A stretch of DNA of 64,000 nt from Dendrobates tinctorius (Eukaryota). This document shows positions 1-13,139 of this stretch, one piece after another. Numbering within the stretch: position 1 is the stretch's first letter; every line of letters starts with the position of its first letter. The position numbers and the translations under genes are program-made. Where the stretch lies: the NCBI RefSeq assembly GCF_039654945.1, contig NW_027361696.1, forward strand, positions 17,980,001-18,044,000, in the 5' to 3' direction. A model generated the notes under the pieces. That model did not search any database, had not been told where the DNA came from, and was given only the letters and a program-made list of their open reading frames with translations.

Positions 1-3000
1 GCTGCATCGTTTTCATAGTCCTCCTCTTTGCAGCTTGTAGATCCAGTCCGCACCTGCTGGGTGCCCCCAACATGGAGGATCGCCATGCATGTAGCCACGC
101 TTACACCTTCACATAGGGGAAGAGAAGCGGTCATGGTCATGTAAGGGACATGATGAAAGAGGAAATAAGTGAACAGAAGTGACATTTACCAGCATACAAA
201 CAGCTCAGGGCCAGGAGGGTGACGTCTTTCAGTCGTGGAGGGGTCAATGGCTCCATGACGGGCAGAGAGAGTGTGTCCAGTGCCATGGTCACATCAATGA
301 CAAGCGAGTGAAACCTGTTAAATTTCAGGACAAAGGGTTAAAACCTTCCTGAATGCAGAACCTGGCATCTTAAGGAGTGAAGTGTGCAGTACACATTGAA
401 ATGGGTGGATCACCACCAATATATAGCGCAGCTGAGAAAAGGGGATCGTATGCAAAACTTAAGGGGATGTCTGGCACCGAATCCAGGTGAGCGGTGCTGA
501 TGACATCAGGTTTGTTAGGCTGCGTACACGATCGAGGCAGGTAGGCGCAATGTCATTAATGCCACTTACTGCCTGATGCAAAAGTGAGAGGCACCAGATG
601 ATCCCAATAACAGTAGCCTTCTTACCCATTGCGAACAGCTGTGGCATCGCCAACCGTCGCCGGCATAATGAAGAAGGAATTGGCAGAAACTGCGTCCTGG
701 AAACGGTTAATATATCTCAAAAAGTATGGCAGGTTCAAACAAACTCTGAGCAGCTTCTCTGACCCACCTGCAGCAAACAAAGGGCAAAGCTAAAATACAA
801 GGAGAGGTTACAAGAAGGTGGATGCTTGAGTTACACATCCAAAGATATTAGAGGTGGATACATTAAGGCGGTGACCCCCTGCATATGGAGAACGAAAGGA
901 GGAATCGCTGAGCAGGAGCCTTCCCCAGGGGCGCAGCCGACGCAGGCTTACCCAGCTCCTGGAGATTGGCCACGTTCTGCGCTATGAAGATGCTCTTTGT
1001 TTTCGCTGCTGATGCCGGATCTGATGTCGTGTCATCCACTTCTGTTTCCACCTAATAAAAACAAAATTTCCAAAAAAAAAAAAAAATGCTTTAGGAAAAG
1101 GAAATAGGGGAATGAAAACTGGACGGCGTTTTTAGACACTGGAGGAAATGGGCGACATGTTCAGCTGTACAGGAGCTATACTAGTCACCGATGAACCGGT
1201 CTTGTCACCCCATTCGCCAAAAAAACAAAACAAAAAAATCCTTATTTCTGATTTAGCAGTACACTTTTTTTTCCCGACATAGTTGCAGGGTCACAAGGAC
1301 ATAACAGAAAATAAGAAAGCCAATGTGGATGCTTCTAGAACATTACTGACCTGCATGTGTGATGACGAGGATGATGACGAGGATCCTCGGGGGTTAAACA
1401 CTGATGTCAGTTGGTTAAGAAAATTCATTTTGACCTCTTTCTGACGCAACTCCGGACTGAGGAGAATGGTGGTCTCCTTCTGATCCTCCACTGTGGGCAA
1501 AAGAAAAAAAAAATATGATGTGAGAAAACTCCACCTGCAGAATAGTGAGTGCAGCTCTGGAGTATAATACAGGATGTAACTCAGGATCAGTAATTTATGT
1601 ACACAGTGACTGCACCAGCAGAATAGTGAGTGCAGCACTGGATAATAATACAGGATGTAACTCAGGATCAGTAATGTATGTACACAGTGACTGCACCAGC
1701 AGAATAGTGAGTGCAGCTCTGGGGTATAATACAGGATGTAACTCAGTATCAGTAATGTATGTACACAGTGACTGCACCAACAGAATAGTGAGTGTGGCTC
1801 TGGAGTACAATACAGGATGTAACTCAGGATCAGTAATGTATGTACACAGTAACTGCACCAGTAGAATAGTCTTTATGCTGATGACACACAACTATACATG
1901 TCATCCCCCGACCTTATCCCCCGTTGTGCTACAGAACCCCAGTGACTGTCTGTCCGCAGTGTCCAATATCATGTTCACGCTCTATCTGAAACTCAACCTC
2001 TCAAAAACTGAACAACTTCTGCTCCCGCCATCTATGAACCTCCATAAATCTGACATTTCCCTCTCCGTGGATGGCACCATAACACCACCCCGGCAGCAGG
2101 CGCGCTGTCTGGGTGTTATGTTTGACACCAATCTCTCCTTCACATCCCATATGCAATCTCTTGCTGATTACACCTAAAGAACATCTCTAGAATCAGCCCT
2201 TTTCTCACCATGGAAACAAAAACCCTCACTGTCGCTCTGATCCATTCCCGCCTGGACTACTGCAATGCTCTATTAATTGGCCTCCCCGTTACTCGACTTT
2301 CCCCTCTTCAGTCCATACTTAATGCAGCAGCCAGGATCATCCATCTGGCTAATCGGTACTCGGATGTGTCCGCTCTTCGCCAATCATTACATTGGCAGTC
2401 CATTTATTATAGGATCCAAATCAAAGTACTTGTTCTCACCCACAAAGCTCTCCACAGTGCGGCACCCCCCTACATCTCCTCCCTCATTTCTGTCTATCAG
2501 CCTAACTGACCGCCGTGCTCTGCAAACGACTTTCGACCGACCTCGGCACTAATCCATACCTCCCACTCCTGACTCCAAGACTTGTCCTGCGCTGCGCCAA
2601 TCTTCTGGAAGGCTTTACCCCAAGAAATTAGGACTATCCACAACTTGCACAGTTTTAGGCGTTCCCTCAAAACGCATTTGTTCGAGCAGCCTATCATGTT
2701 CATTCTATGTGTAAGTGTGCATGTGTAGCCCATTCACTATCTCCATCTATCCCCCACTCCCTCAAGATGGCTGGACCATTATTGTAAATACATCACTGTA
2801 AACAACACCTGTACTTTGTACCTCCCCCACCTCATTGTAGATTGTAAGCTCTCACGAGCCGGGTCATCTTATTTTGCTCTAATTATTGTATTGTTAACGT
2901 TGTTACTTATAACTTGTGTATTGAAACTGTTAAACTGTAAAGCGCTGTGGAATATGTTGGCGCTATATAAAGATTATTATTATTAGTACTATTAATAGTG

Positions 3001-6000
3001 AGTGGGATATAATACAGGAGGTAATTCAGGATCAGTAGGTAAATTGCATGCTATTCATACATAGGAAGCATGGACAGTAAATCTTCTCGCTCACCATCAG
3101 AGAGAGTCTGTATAGTTTGTGGCAATTTAGAAGATTTCATCATTGCAGTAAAGGTGATTATCTCGGTGCGATCTAGGCGGCTGGTGCCAGTGCACAGACC
3201 CTTGATCAGCAGGATCAGATGCTTCTGCAGAATATAAAAAAAGAATCAGAATTACAACCCATACATATCGCACGGTCTGTGCTCCACTGTAGGGATCCTG
3301 CCCTGGATGGACTGCATGCACCCACCTGGGACACTGCACACGCCTCATCTGGACTCTCCAGCCGCAGCAGCGAGAACTCCAGCAGAACTTTACAAGCGGC
3401 AGCTACAGATTGTAACTGGTTCCTGGGAACTGGGGATAAAGACACCAAAAGTCCAGGTAAAGTTACATGACAAGGGCAGAACAACAAGCACCAGCATGCC
3501 TTCCTTTGTGCGGAGATACTTACTCTGGTTGCACACGGTGGTGATGTAATGCGTGGACAGCGCCACAAAGGACGAGTAGAAAGGTTCGTACTGCTTGTCA
3601 TGGTGAAGAATCTCTGATTCACTGCAAAGACAAAAAGACTCATCCTAACACCTAGTTCCGCTCCCACAGCTGACGAGACCCTAAGGGTAAAAGCCCCAGG
3701 CCACGAGGACAGATGGTCTGAGTTCAGAGACTCACAATCTGGCCGGGAATTCTAGAAGCGACATGAACCAGAAAATATGGAGGCTACCCGGTGGTGTGAA
3801 CGCACCCTAAGATGTGCTGTGCAATTGACAAAGTGGGATCCTGACATAACTCCAGGATTTAAGTGGGCATCCTGGCTTCAGAAAATCCATCGCTCAGCTG
3901 GTTTGTTTTATGAAGACAACCTGAGCTTTACTCCCCCTCCCCGATTCCAACGCAGTCTCCACCTCTGCCCCTGGTGCCTGCAGTGCTGACAACACAGAGA
4001 GCGCTGCAGGCAATCAGTGAACATAATCACTTTGTCCCTAACAGCTTTTACGACTTTTTAAATTAAAAAGTCGACCATCCACTAAAATGTTTCATGTTAA
4101 GTCTAATTGCGACAAAATGTAAGCCCCACCAGAAACCTCACGCCGGGAGGCCCGGACTGTAGGGAGACAACAAACAAGAGCGATATTGCTAAAAGTCGTA
4201 TGTGGTGAATATGTCAAGGGAAAGAAAAAAAAAAAAAAAAAGAAAACTTTATCTCGCGCTACCAGTTTTCGGCACAGTCTCTGATTTGTATGCCAGCTGT
4301 GACGTCACCATCTCACTGCTGAGGATTTGCTACCATTATAGGCAGTCTGGATAATCATCTGAGCCAAGCTACAAGTATCTAATAGATAGATACAATGTAT
4401 CTGTCTGCAGCGCTCACGGTGGCTCCTTTACAGTCCTCTCAATGGTGTCGCACAAGTCACACCGGAGCTGATATATCTGCATTGTTAACACTCGGTTCTG
4501 CGCCAGGAACCTGTTTACCCAACACAGTAGTAATGAGCATATAGTGCAGCGCCTGGACAGCCGAAATGTGAGGAATAAATATAGGCGGAAAGTGGCTGCT
4601 CAACTGCCAGGTGATATGAGGACATGGCCGTACGGCAAGACTGCACATACCGAGGACTGTTCTGTGCGAAAGGTGACAACAGTTTACAGTTAATGAGAGA
4701 AAGAAAAAAAGAAACGTCTACAGAGGTTACAAAGATCAATATTCACACCCCACATGAAAAAAACAGCAGAAATGGCGGCAGAGTGCGCAGAAACCGCGTC
4801 CAGCCGGCCCGTCTACTGCAGAGGACCTCACAGCGCTACAGGTACATAATTGGGTTGTCAGGGTGTAGAATGAAATGTATAAGGGCCGGTGTCAGTGCAG
4901 AGGTCAGGATTCAGAGGGTCTCCAGGGATCAGTAAGGGGAGCAGGAGTAAAGGGGGTTTTACACATAGCGATATCGCTAGCAATATCGCTAAAACGTCAC
5001 TGGTTTTGTGACGTTATAGCGATATCGCTATGTGTGATACTTACCTCCGACCGGCTCCCCCGCTGATCGCGCGAGAATGTCCGGCTCCATTTCTCGTCGG
5101 GCGCTTCCTGCTGAGACGACGAGCGACGCGTGGAGGCGGGCGGGAGAACGCCAGGATCGCTGTGTGTGAAAGGTGAGTATCGTCCACTGCGTCGCTGCTG
5201 CATCGCTGTGAGATCTTTCTGTATGAAAGCTCACTAGCGATCATTTAGCGATGCACCAGCGATCCTGACCGGGCCGGATCGCTGGTCGGATCGCTGGTGC
5301 ATCGCTAAATGTAAAAGGGCCTTAAGTCTATGTAGGGGGAGATGTTAACATTTGGGAAGTCTGAGGTGGTAGGGGGGGATCGCGGAAACAAAGTAAGTTG
5401 TCAGAGGTGATGCTACAGCCGGGGAGGGATTGTAGTAATAAGATTGTGCTGGATGGGGGTCGGGGAGGTGCCCCATGTGAACTGCATTGTATTTTATATG
5501 GTATGCATTGTTGAATTTCCACCACTTTCTCAGGCTCCTGAATGCCCCATGTGAACTGCATTGTATTTTATATGGTATGCATAGCTTACCGATCTTCTTG
5601 TATCCATAATTATACTCCATCTTGTTATCTCTGAAACACATCTAAGTGGTCTGTATAACCCCTTCCCCCTTATGACCTCTGCTTAAAGGGCCCGTTACAC
5701 ATTGCGATATCACTAGCAATATCGCTGTAACGTCACCGATTTTGTGACATAGCAGCGATATTGCTAGCGATATCGCTACATGTGATACTTACCTCTGACC
5801 GGCTCCCCCGCTGCTCATCACTGGTCGCGCAAGAACGTCCTGAACCATTTCTCGTCGGGCGCTTCCTGTGGCGATGCGTGGACGCGGGCGGGGGAACGTC
5901 AGGATCGCCGCATCTGACAGGTAAGTAGCGACCCCCGACCCCTGCGATGTCGCTGGAGAGATCTGCCTGTGTGGCAGCTCACTAGCGACCATTTAGCGAT

Positions 6001-9000
6001 GTACCAGCGATCCATATCGTTTTTGGGATTGCTGGTGCATCGCTAAGTGTAACGGTACCCTAACTCTGTGCATTTGGCCTGGGCAGTCACACCCCACTTT
6101 CACTCACACTTGATTGTCTTTAGCTGCACATATATTCACCACCATGGGTCGGCTCCATCAATGTCAAAGTACTAATTTCTAAGTACTTTGAATTAGACTT
6201 GAATTGGACTGGAATTGACTGTAAGGTAACGGACTAAAACACCACAACAATGTTTCGCCTTTTTACTATCACCCCAATACTACTCTTTCTCCCTAACTCC
6301 TGCAATCCCTCCACCCAGTAAGGAACTTGTCATTTCCCCCTCCATCCTTCCCAGCCATCTCACCTCTTCGTCACAACTGTTCCTCCACATACAGTCTTTT
6401 TTCTCCAGACACACACGGCCACATCATGTCCTATCCTGCTCCCACCTTCTAATGCTCTGTCTACTACTCCTTATTGCTGGCGACATATCCCCAAATCCTG
6501 GCCCTCCTCAACACCTCCCTACACTCACTTCTACCACGATCCTCTACACGTCTTCGCAACCATGATAACCTCATACCCATTCATCCAGCCCCCACTCCCT
6601 CAACCCCCTTACCTGGAGCCCTATGGAACGCACGCTCTGTCTGCAACAAGCTTTTATCCATGACCTCTTTATCACCAACAAACTCTCCTTCCTCGCCATC
6701 ACTGAAACCTGGATCACTCCCTCTGACACAGCCTCTCCAGCTGCGCTTTCCTATGGTGGATTCCATCTCTCTCTCACCCCTCGCCCCAGCAACAAACGTG
6801 GTGGAGGAGTTGGATTGCTCCTGCCTGATACCTGCTCCTTTACCCCAATTCCTTTGCCACCCTCCGCTACTCTTCCCTCATTCGAGGTGCACTCCGTCCG
6901 CATCTATTCCCCCTCCAACTGGCTGTCATCTACCACCCCCCAGAACTAGCCATCTCCACCTTTCTCGACCACTTCACCACCTGGCTACTCCATTTCCTTT
7001 CTGCTGACATCCCCACCATCATCATGGGTGACTTCAACATCCCCATTGACACTTCCACCCCGGCTGCCTCTAAACTTCTATCACTCACGGCTTCCCTCTG
7101 CCTCACTCAATGGTCCTCTGCAGCTACTCACAAAGATGGTCACACACTGGACCTTATCTTCACCCGTCTCTGTTCCCTCACTAATCTCATAACTCACCCC
7201 TTCCCCTGTCTGACCACAACCAACTGACATTCTCCTCCCTCTCCTCTCCTACTGTGCAACCCCCACTCCATAAACTTGCTCACCCTTGCAGGAATCTCAA
7301 ACACCTCAATTTACAATCACTCTCTGAATTCCTTCTACCTCTTACAGACATAGCTTCCCTTCATGACACAGATGCTGCTGCCACCTTTTATAACACCACA
7401 ATAACAGCAACGCTTGATTCGGCTGCCCCCTCACGCAGAGCAAAACTCGAACAATCAACAGGCAGCCCTGGCTGACCAGCCTGACCAAAGAACTGAGACG
7501 GGTTTCTAGGGCCGCTGAGCGGAGATGGAAGAGAACCCATTCTACTGAGCACTACAACGCACACAAGCAGTCCCTTGCCAGCTTTAAGTCCACGCTTTCT
7601 GCCGCAAAACAAACTTACTTCGCATCTCTCATATCCTCCTTGTCTCACAACCCTAAACAGCTCTACAAACACTTTCAATTCTCTACTCCGTCCCACAGCA
7701 CCTCCTCCCCCTCCTCATTTCTGCCAAAGACTTTGCCTCCTTCTTTAAGCAGAAGATCGGCACGATCAGACAAAACTTTGGCCCGCAGCCCCCAATGCCC
7801 TTCTTCCCTGTTCTGCAAAAGCCAGCTTCTCCACCATGACAGAAGATCAGCTTTCCACCCTTCTGTCAAGATCACACCTCACCACTTGTGCCCTCGACCC
7901 ACTCCTGTCTCACCTCATCCCTAACTTGGCCACAGTCCTCATCCTATCTCTAACACACCTTTTCAACCTTTCAATTACAAATGGTGTCTTTCCCTCATCC
8001 TTCAAACATGCCTCAATCACACCCATCCTCAAAAAGCCCTCCCTTGACCAATCATCTGTGTCTAACTATCGCCCAATATCTCTTCTCCCTTACGCCTCAA
8101 AACTACTGGAACAGCATGTATATCTTGAACTGTCCTCCCACCTCTCCTCCTGTTCCCTCTTTGACCGGTTACAATCTGGCTTCCGACCGCATCACTCAAC
8201 TGAAACTGCCCTAACTAAAGTCACCAACGACTTACTAACCGCCAAGAGCAAGCGACACTACTCTGTCCTCCTTCTCCTGGACCTGTCCTCTGCCTTCGAC
8301 ACCGTAGACCATTCCCTCCTGCTACAGACTCATCTCTTGGCATCACAGACCTGGCCCTATCCTGGATCTCATCATACCTAACATTTAGTGTCTCCCTCTC
8401 ACACACCACCTCCTCACCTCGCCCCCTGTCTATCGGTGTTCCCCAAGGCTCTGTCCTAGGACCCCTACTATTCTCCATCTATACCTTCGGCTTGGGACAG
8501 CTCATAGAATCCCACGGTTTGCCGTATCACCTCTATGCAGATGACACGCAGATCTACCTATCTGGACCCGATCTCGCCTCCTTACTGACTGAAATCCCAC
8601 AATGTCTGTCTGCTATCTCAGCCTTCTTCTCTGCTCGCTTTCTCAAACTGAACATGGACAAAACAGAATTCATCATCTTTCCCCCATCTCACTCAACCCC
8701 TCCACCAGACCTATCCATAAATGTCAACGGCTGCTCTCTTTCCCCAGTCCCATACGCTCGGTGCCTTGGGGTGATCCTCGACTCTCTTTCAAACCACATA
8801 TCCAAGCCCTCGCCTCCTCCTGCAGCCTCAAACTCAAAAATATTTTCCGGATCCGCTCATTCCTCAACCACAAAAACACTAGTGCATGCTCTTATCTCCC
8901 GCCTCGACTACTGCAACCTACTACTCTCTGGCCTCCCCTCTAGCACTCTGGCTCCGCTCCAGTCCATCCTACACTCTGCTGCCCGACTAATCCACCTGTC

Positions 9001-10075
9001 TCCCCCCTATGCCAGGCCCTTTACTGGCTTCCTATCGCCCAGAGGCTCCAATTCAAAACCCTAACCATGACATATAAAGCCATCCATAACCTGTCTCCTC
9101 CATACATCTGTGACATGGTCTCTAGGTACCTAACCGCACGCAACCTTCGATCGTCCCAAGATCTCCTTCTCTACTCCCCCCTTATCTCTTCTTCCCACAA
9201 CCGCATACAAGACTTCTTCCGTGCTTCCCCCATACTCTGGAACTCCCTGCCGCAACACATCAGACTCTCACCATCAACGGAAATCTTCAAGAAGAACCTG
9301 AAGACCCACCTGTTCCGACAAGCCTACACCCTGCAATGATCCTCGGTCTACTGAACCACAGCACGACCTGCTCTACCCTTTCCTACTGTATCCTCACCCA
9401 TCCCTGTAGACTGTGAGCCCTCGCAGGCAGGGTCCCCTCTCCTTATGTACTTGTGTGTCCCTTGTCTTACACATGTTTACTATACTTGTCTATATTTCCC
9501 CTTTTCACATGTAAAGCGCCATGGAATAAATGGCGCTATATACCGTAAATGCATAATAATGTGGGGTGTCGGGGATCCTGTGGTATGTGGTCCGTCACAT
9601 GGATGGGGGGGTCAGCCAGCGACCCAGCAGGACACACCACACTCGGGTTGTCAGATCTGGGGGAGGTATAATATTCCTGTCAGGGTGTAATACATTGGCC
9701 AGCCGTAGATCTGGTGGGGGCGCCGTGTACTCTGGGCGGCACTGGGGTGAGATTACAGTGTGAGTTGTCAGTTATAAAGAACCGGTTGTCAGCCTGGGTT
9801 TTTCCATGAGGAGGGTGTCAGGGATGACGTCACGATGTCGCAGTGCCCCTAGTGTCAGTGGTTGTCGGGGCCGCCCCCCCCAGCTGTCATGGCCGCAGTG
9901 ACACAGCTCTCTTGGTCCCGGCCCCGCCGCCCCTGTCCCGGCCGCCTCACCTCTCTATCACGGAGGCTAGCAGCTGTGGCAGCTCCTTCATGTCAAAAGC
10001 AGAGTAAGAAGCGGAGAGCAGCGGCCGCACCGCCACCTCCCAGCCGGGGCCCGAGCAGCCGCCGATAGACGCCAT
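1..10075 (-). CDS. UBR4: E3 ubiquitin ligase UBR4 (p600), 5' part, coding exons 1-9; gene continues beyond the left edge
   Basis: GT-AG exons at 9951-10075 ([42 protein letters not shown]), 3524-3621, 3326-3429 ([34 protein letters not shown]), 3095-3224, 1351-1490, 952-1051, 626-767, 190-314 and 1-106 (partial). Phases join in frame and the peptides match the vertebrate UBR4 N-terminus. Confidence 0.96.
1537..1870. repeat. 81-bp tandem repeat (about 4 copies), dispersed minisatellite family
   Basis: Unit GCAGAATAGTGAGTGCAGCTCTGGAGTATAATACAGGATGTAACTCAGGATCAGTAATGTATGTACACAGTGACTGCACCA, with starts at 1537, 1618 and 1699. The same unit occurs at 63235-63665 and as a remnant near 2993-3035. 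Confidence 0.93.
1880..2985 (+). mobile_element. 5'-truncated L2-clade LINE in UBR4 intron 4
   Basis: RT C-terminal peptides ([30 protein letters not shown]) and a 3' end GGCGCTATATAAAG(ATT)n. Confidence 0.88.
4950..5324. mobile_element. Harbinger/PIF-like MITE, copy 1
   Basis: Terminal inverted repeats (GGGGGTTTTACACATAGCGAT...ATCGCTAAATGTAAAAGGGCC) with TAA/TTA flanks; homologous to 5685-6063 and 13750-14107. Confidence 0.8.
5685..6063. mobile_element. Harbinger/PIF-like MITE, copy 2
   Basis: GGGCCCGTTACACATTGCGAT...ATCGCTAAGTGTAACGGTACCC with TAA flank; same internal GCGATATCGC-rich sequence as copy 1. Confidence 0.8.
6245..9559 (+). mobile_element. Near full-length, frameshifted L2-clade LINE (2A-like leader, APE endonuclease, RT) in UBR4 intron 1
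   Basis: Endonuclease motifs LWNARS, AITETW, MGDFNIP and GHTLDL; RT motifs [46 protein letters not shown] and YADDTQIY; short ATA-repeat tail near 9555. Confidence 0.92.
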
Positions 10076-10150
10076 CTTCCTCCCGGACAGTGACTGAGCA
10101 CCAACCGGAAGTGACGTACTTTAACTCACAAGGCGAAGTCATGTGACATC
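10071..10150 (-). promoter_or_regulatory. UBR4 proximal promoter motifs
   Basis: GC-rich region. GCCATCTT (YY1-like) overlaps the ATG; the composite ETS-CRE motif CCGGAAGTGACGT lies at 10105-10117; the E-box/M-box-like GTCATGTGAC lies at 10138-10147. Confidence 0.6.
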
Positions 10151-10237
10151 CGGTTCCGACCACCATCGTGTGTGGCAGCCACTTGTGCACCACATTGGTG
10201 TGGGCACTGGGCTTGGGAAATTGCACACCCAACAACA

Positions 10238-12200
10238 CCGCTGCACACCCAGATTGCTGCGGACTATCACTGCACACCCAGACCGCTGCGGACCATCACT
10301 GCACACCCAAACCGCTGCGGACCATCACTGCACACCCAGACCGCTGCGGACCATCACTGCACACCCAGACCGCTGCGGACCATCACTGCACACCCAGATT
10401 GCTGCGGACCATCACTGCACACCCAGATACCTGCGGACCATCACTGCACACCCAGATCGCTGCGTACCATCACTGCACACCCAGACCGCTGCGGACCATC
10501 ACTGCACACCCAGACCGCTGCGGACCATCACTGCACACCCAGATCGCTGCGGACCATCACTGCACACCCAGACCGCTGCGGACCATCACTGCACACCCAG
10601 ATACCTGCGGACCATCACTGCAGACACCCAGACCGCTGCGGACCATCACTGCACACCCAGATCGCTGCGTACCATCACTGCACACCCAGACCGCTGCGGA
10701 CCATCACTGCAGACACCCAGATACCTGCGGACCATCACTGCAGACACCCAGACCGCTGCGGACCATCACTGCACACCCAGACCGCTGCGGACCATCACTG
10801 CAGACACCCAGACCGCTGCGGACCATCACTGCAGACACCCAGACCGCTGCGGACCATCACTGCAGACACCCAGATACCTGCGGACCATCACTGCACACCC
10901 AGACCGCTGCGGACCATCACTGCACACCCAGATCGCTGCGGACCATCACTGCACACCCAGACCGCTGCGGACCATCACTGCACACCCAGACCGCTGCGGA
11001 CCATCACTGCACACCCAGATACCTGCGGACCATCACTGCAGACACCCAGACCGCTGCGGACCATCACTGCACACCCAGATCGCTGCGTACCATCACTGCA
11101 CACCCAGACCGCTGCGGACCATCACTGCACACTCAGACCGCTGCGGACCATCACTGCAGACACCCAGATACCTGCGGACCATCACTGCAGACACCCAGAC
11201 CGCTGCGGACCATCACTGCACACCCAGATCGCTGCGGACCATCACTGCACACCCAGACCGCTGCGGACCATCACTGCAGACACCCAGACCGCTGCGGACC
11301 ATCACTGCAGACACCCAGACCGCTGCGGACCATCACTGCAGACACCCAGACCTCTGCGGACCATCACCGCACACCCAGACCGCTGCGGACCATCACCGCA
11401 CACCCAGACCGCTGCGGACCATCACCACACACCCAGACCGCTGCGGACCATCACCACACACCCATTCTGCTGCGGACCATCACTGCACACCAAGACCGCT
11501 GCTGACCATCACTACACATCCAGACCGCTGCGGACCATGACAGTACACTGAGACCGCTGCAGACCATCACTGCACACCCAGGCCGCTGTGGACCATCACT
11601 GCACACCCAGGCCGCTGCGGACCATCACTGCACACCCAGATTGCTGCAGACCATCACTGCACACCCGGACTGCTGCGGACTATCACTGCACACCCAGACC
11701 GCTGCGGACTATCACTGCACACCCAGACCACTGCAGACCATCCCTGCACACCCAGACCTCTGCGAACCATCACTGCACACCCAGATGGCTACAGACTATT
11801 ACTGCACGCCCAGACGGCTGCTGACCCGGATTGCGGAAGACTATTACTGCACACCCAGACCACGGCAGACTATTACTGCTGTGGACCATCACTGCGCACT
11901 CAGATCGCTGTGGACCATCACTGCACACCCAGATCGCTGCAGACCATCACTGTACGCCCAGACCGCTGTGGACCATCACAACACTCCCAAACCACTGCAG
12001 AACATCACTGTACACCCGAATCTCAGACCATTACTGCACATCCAGACTGCTGCAGAGCATCATCACACAATCAGACCACTGCAGTCAGAAAATAATATTG
12101 CTGCAGTATCATCACACAGACGCCCAGACCACTGCAGGCCATCACTGAAAAACACCCAGATTGCTGCAGAGAGTCACCACACACAGACCAGACTTCTGCA
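10238..12200. repeat. 29/31-bp minisatellite immediately upstream of UBR4
   Basis: Unit CTGCACACCCAGACCGCTGCGGACCATCA (29 bp), with a 31-bp CTGCAGACAC variant. Homogeneous to about 11400, then progressively degenerate. Confidence 0.95.
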
Positions 12201-12228
12201 GATGTCAATGCACAATGATGACATACTA

Positions 12229-13135
12229 CACCGCTCAAAAAAATAAAGGGAGCACTAAAATCCCACATCCTAGATATCACTGAATTAAATATTCCAGTTG
12301 CAAATCTTTATTCATTACATAGTGGAATACGCTGAGAACAATAAAACATAAAAATGATCAATGTAAATCACAATATCCCATGGAGGTCTGGATGTGGAAT
12401 GATACTCAAAATCAAAGTGGAAAATCAAGTTACAGGCTGATCCAACTACAGTGGAAATGCCTCACAAGGAAATGATGCTCAGTAGCGTGTGTGGCCTCCA
12501 TGTACCTGTATGACCTCCACACAATGCCTGGGCATGCTCCTGAGGAGACGGCGGATGTTCTCCTGAGGGATCTCCTCCCAGACCTGGATAAAAGCATCAG
12601 ACAAGTGGATAGGTCTGGTACAACGTGGTGGACGGAACGAGACCTGATGCCCCAGATGTGCCCGATTGGACTCAGGTCTGGGGTACGGGCAGGCCAGTCC
12701 ATAGCATCAATGCCTTTATGCAGGAACTGCTGACACACTTCAGCCACAGGAGGCCTAGCATTGTCTTGCATCAGAAGGGACCCAGGGCTTAGTGCACTTC
12801 CATATGGTCTCACAATGGGTCTGAGGATCTCATCCTGGTACCTAATGGTGATGAGGGTACCTCTGGCTAGCACATGGAGGGCTGTACGGCCCTCCAAAGA
12901 AATGCCACCTCACACCATTACTGACCCACTGCCAAACCGGTCATGCTGGAGGATGTTGCAGGCAGCAGAGCGTTCTCCACGACATCTCCAGACTATGTCA
13001 CATGTGCTCAGTATGAGCCTGCTCTCATCCGTGAAGAGCACAGGTCGCCAATGTCTAATCTGCCAATCTTAGTGTTCTCTGGCAAATGTCAATTGTTCTG
13101 CACAGTGTTGGGCTCTAAGCCCAACACCCACTTGA
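12229..13135 (-). mobile_element. Degenerate Tc1-like transposon fragment
   Basis: TA + CACCGCTCAAAAAAATAAAGGGAGCAC terminus; transposase remnant 12430-12897 (QDNARP...WPARTPDLSPIGHIW). Confidence 0.85.
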
Positions 13136-13139
13136 AGAC

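Noticed and set aside
1545-2177. 210-aa ORF with 27-aa repeats
   Set aside because: An 81-bp repeat read through into an L2 RT fragment.
5471-5582. 38-bp direct duplication between two MITEs
   Set aside because: Small local duplication in decayed sequence with no functional signal.
10143-11551. Three ORFs of 445-465 aa
   Set aside because: Translations of the stop-free 29/31-bp minisatellite; no evidence of a real gene.
10238-12200. CRISPR-like appearance of regular ~30-bp repeats (also 30590-31031 and 53845-57030)
   Set aside because: No unique spacers, no cas genes and a eukaryotic context; these are tandem repeats.
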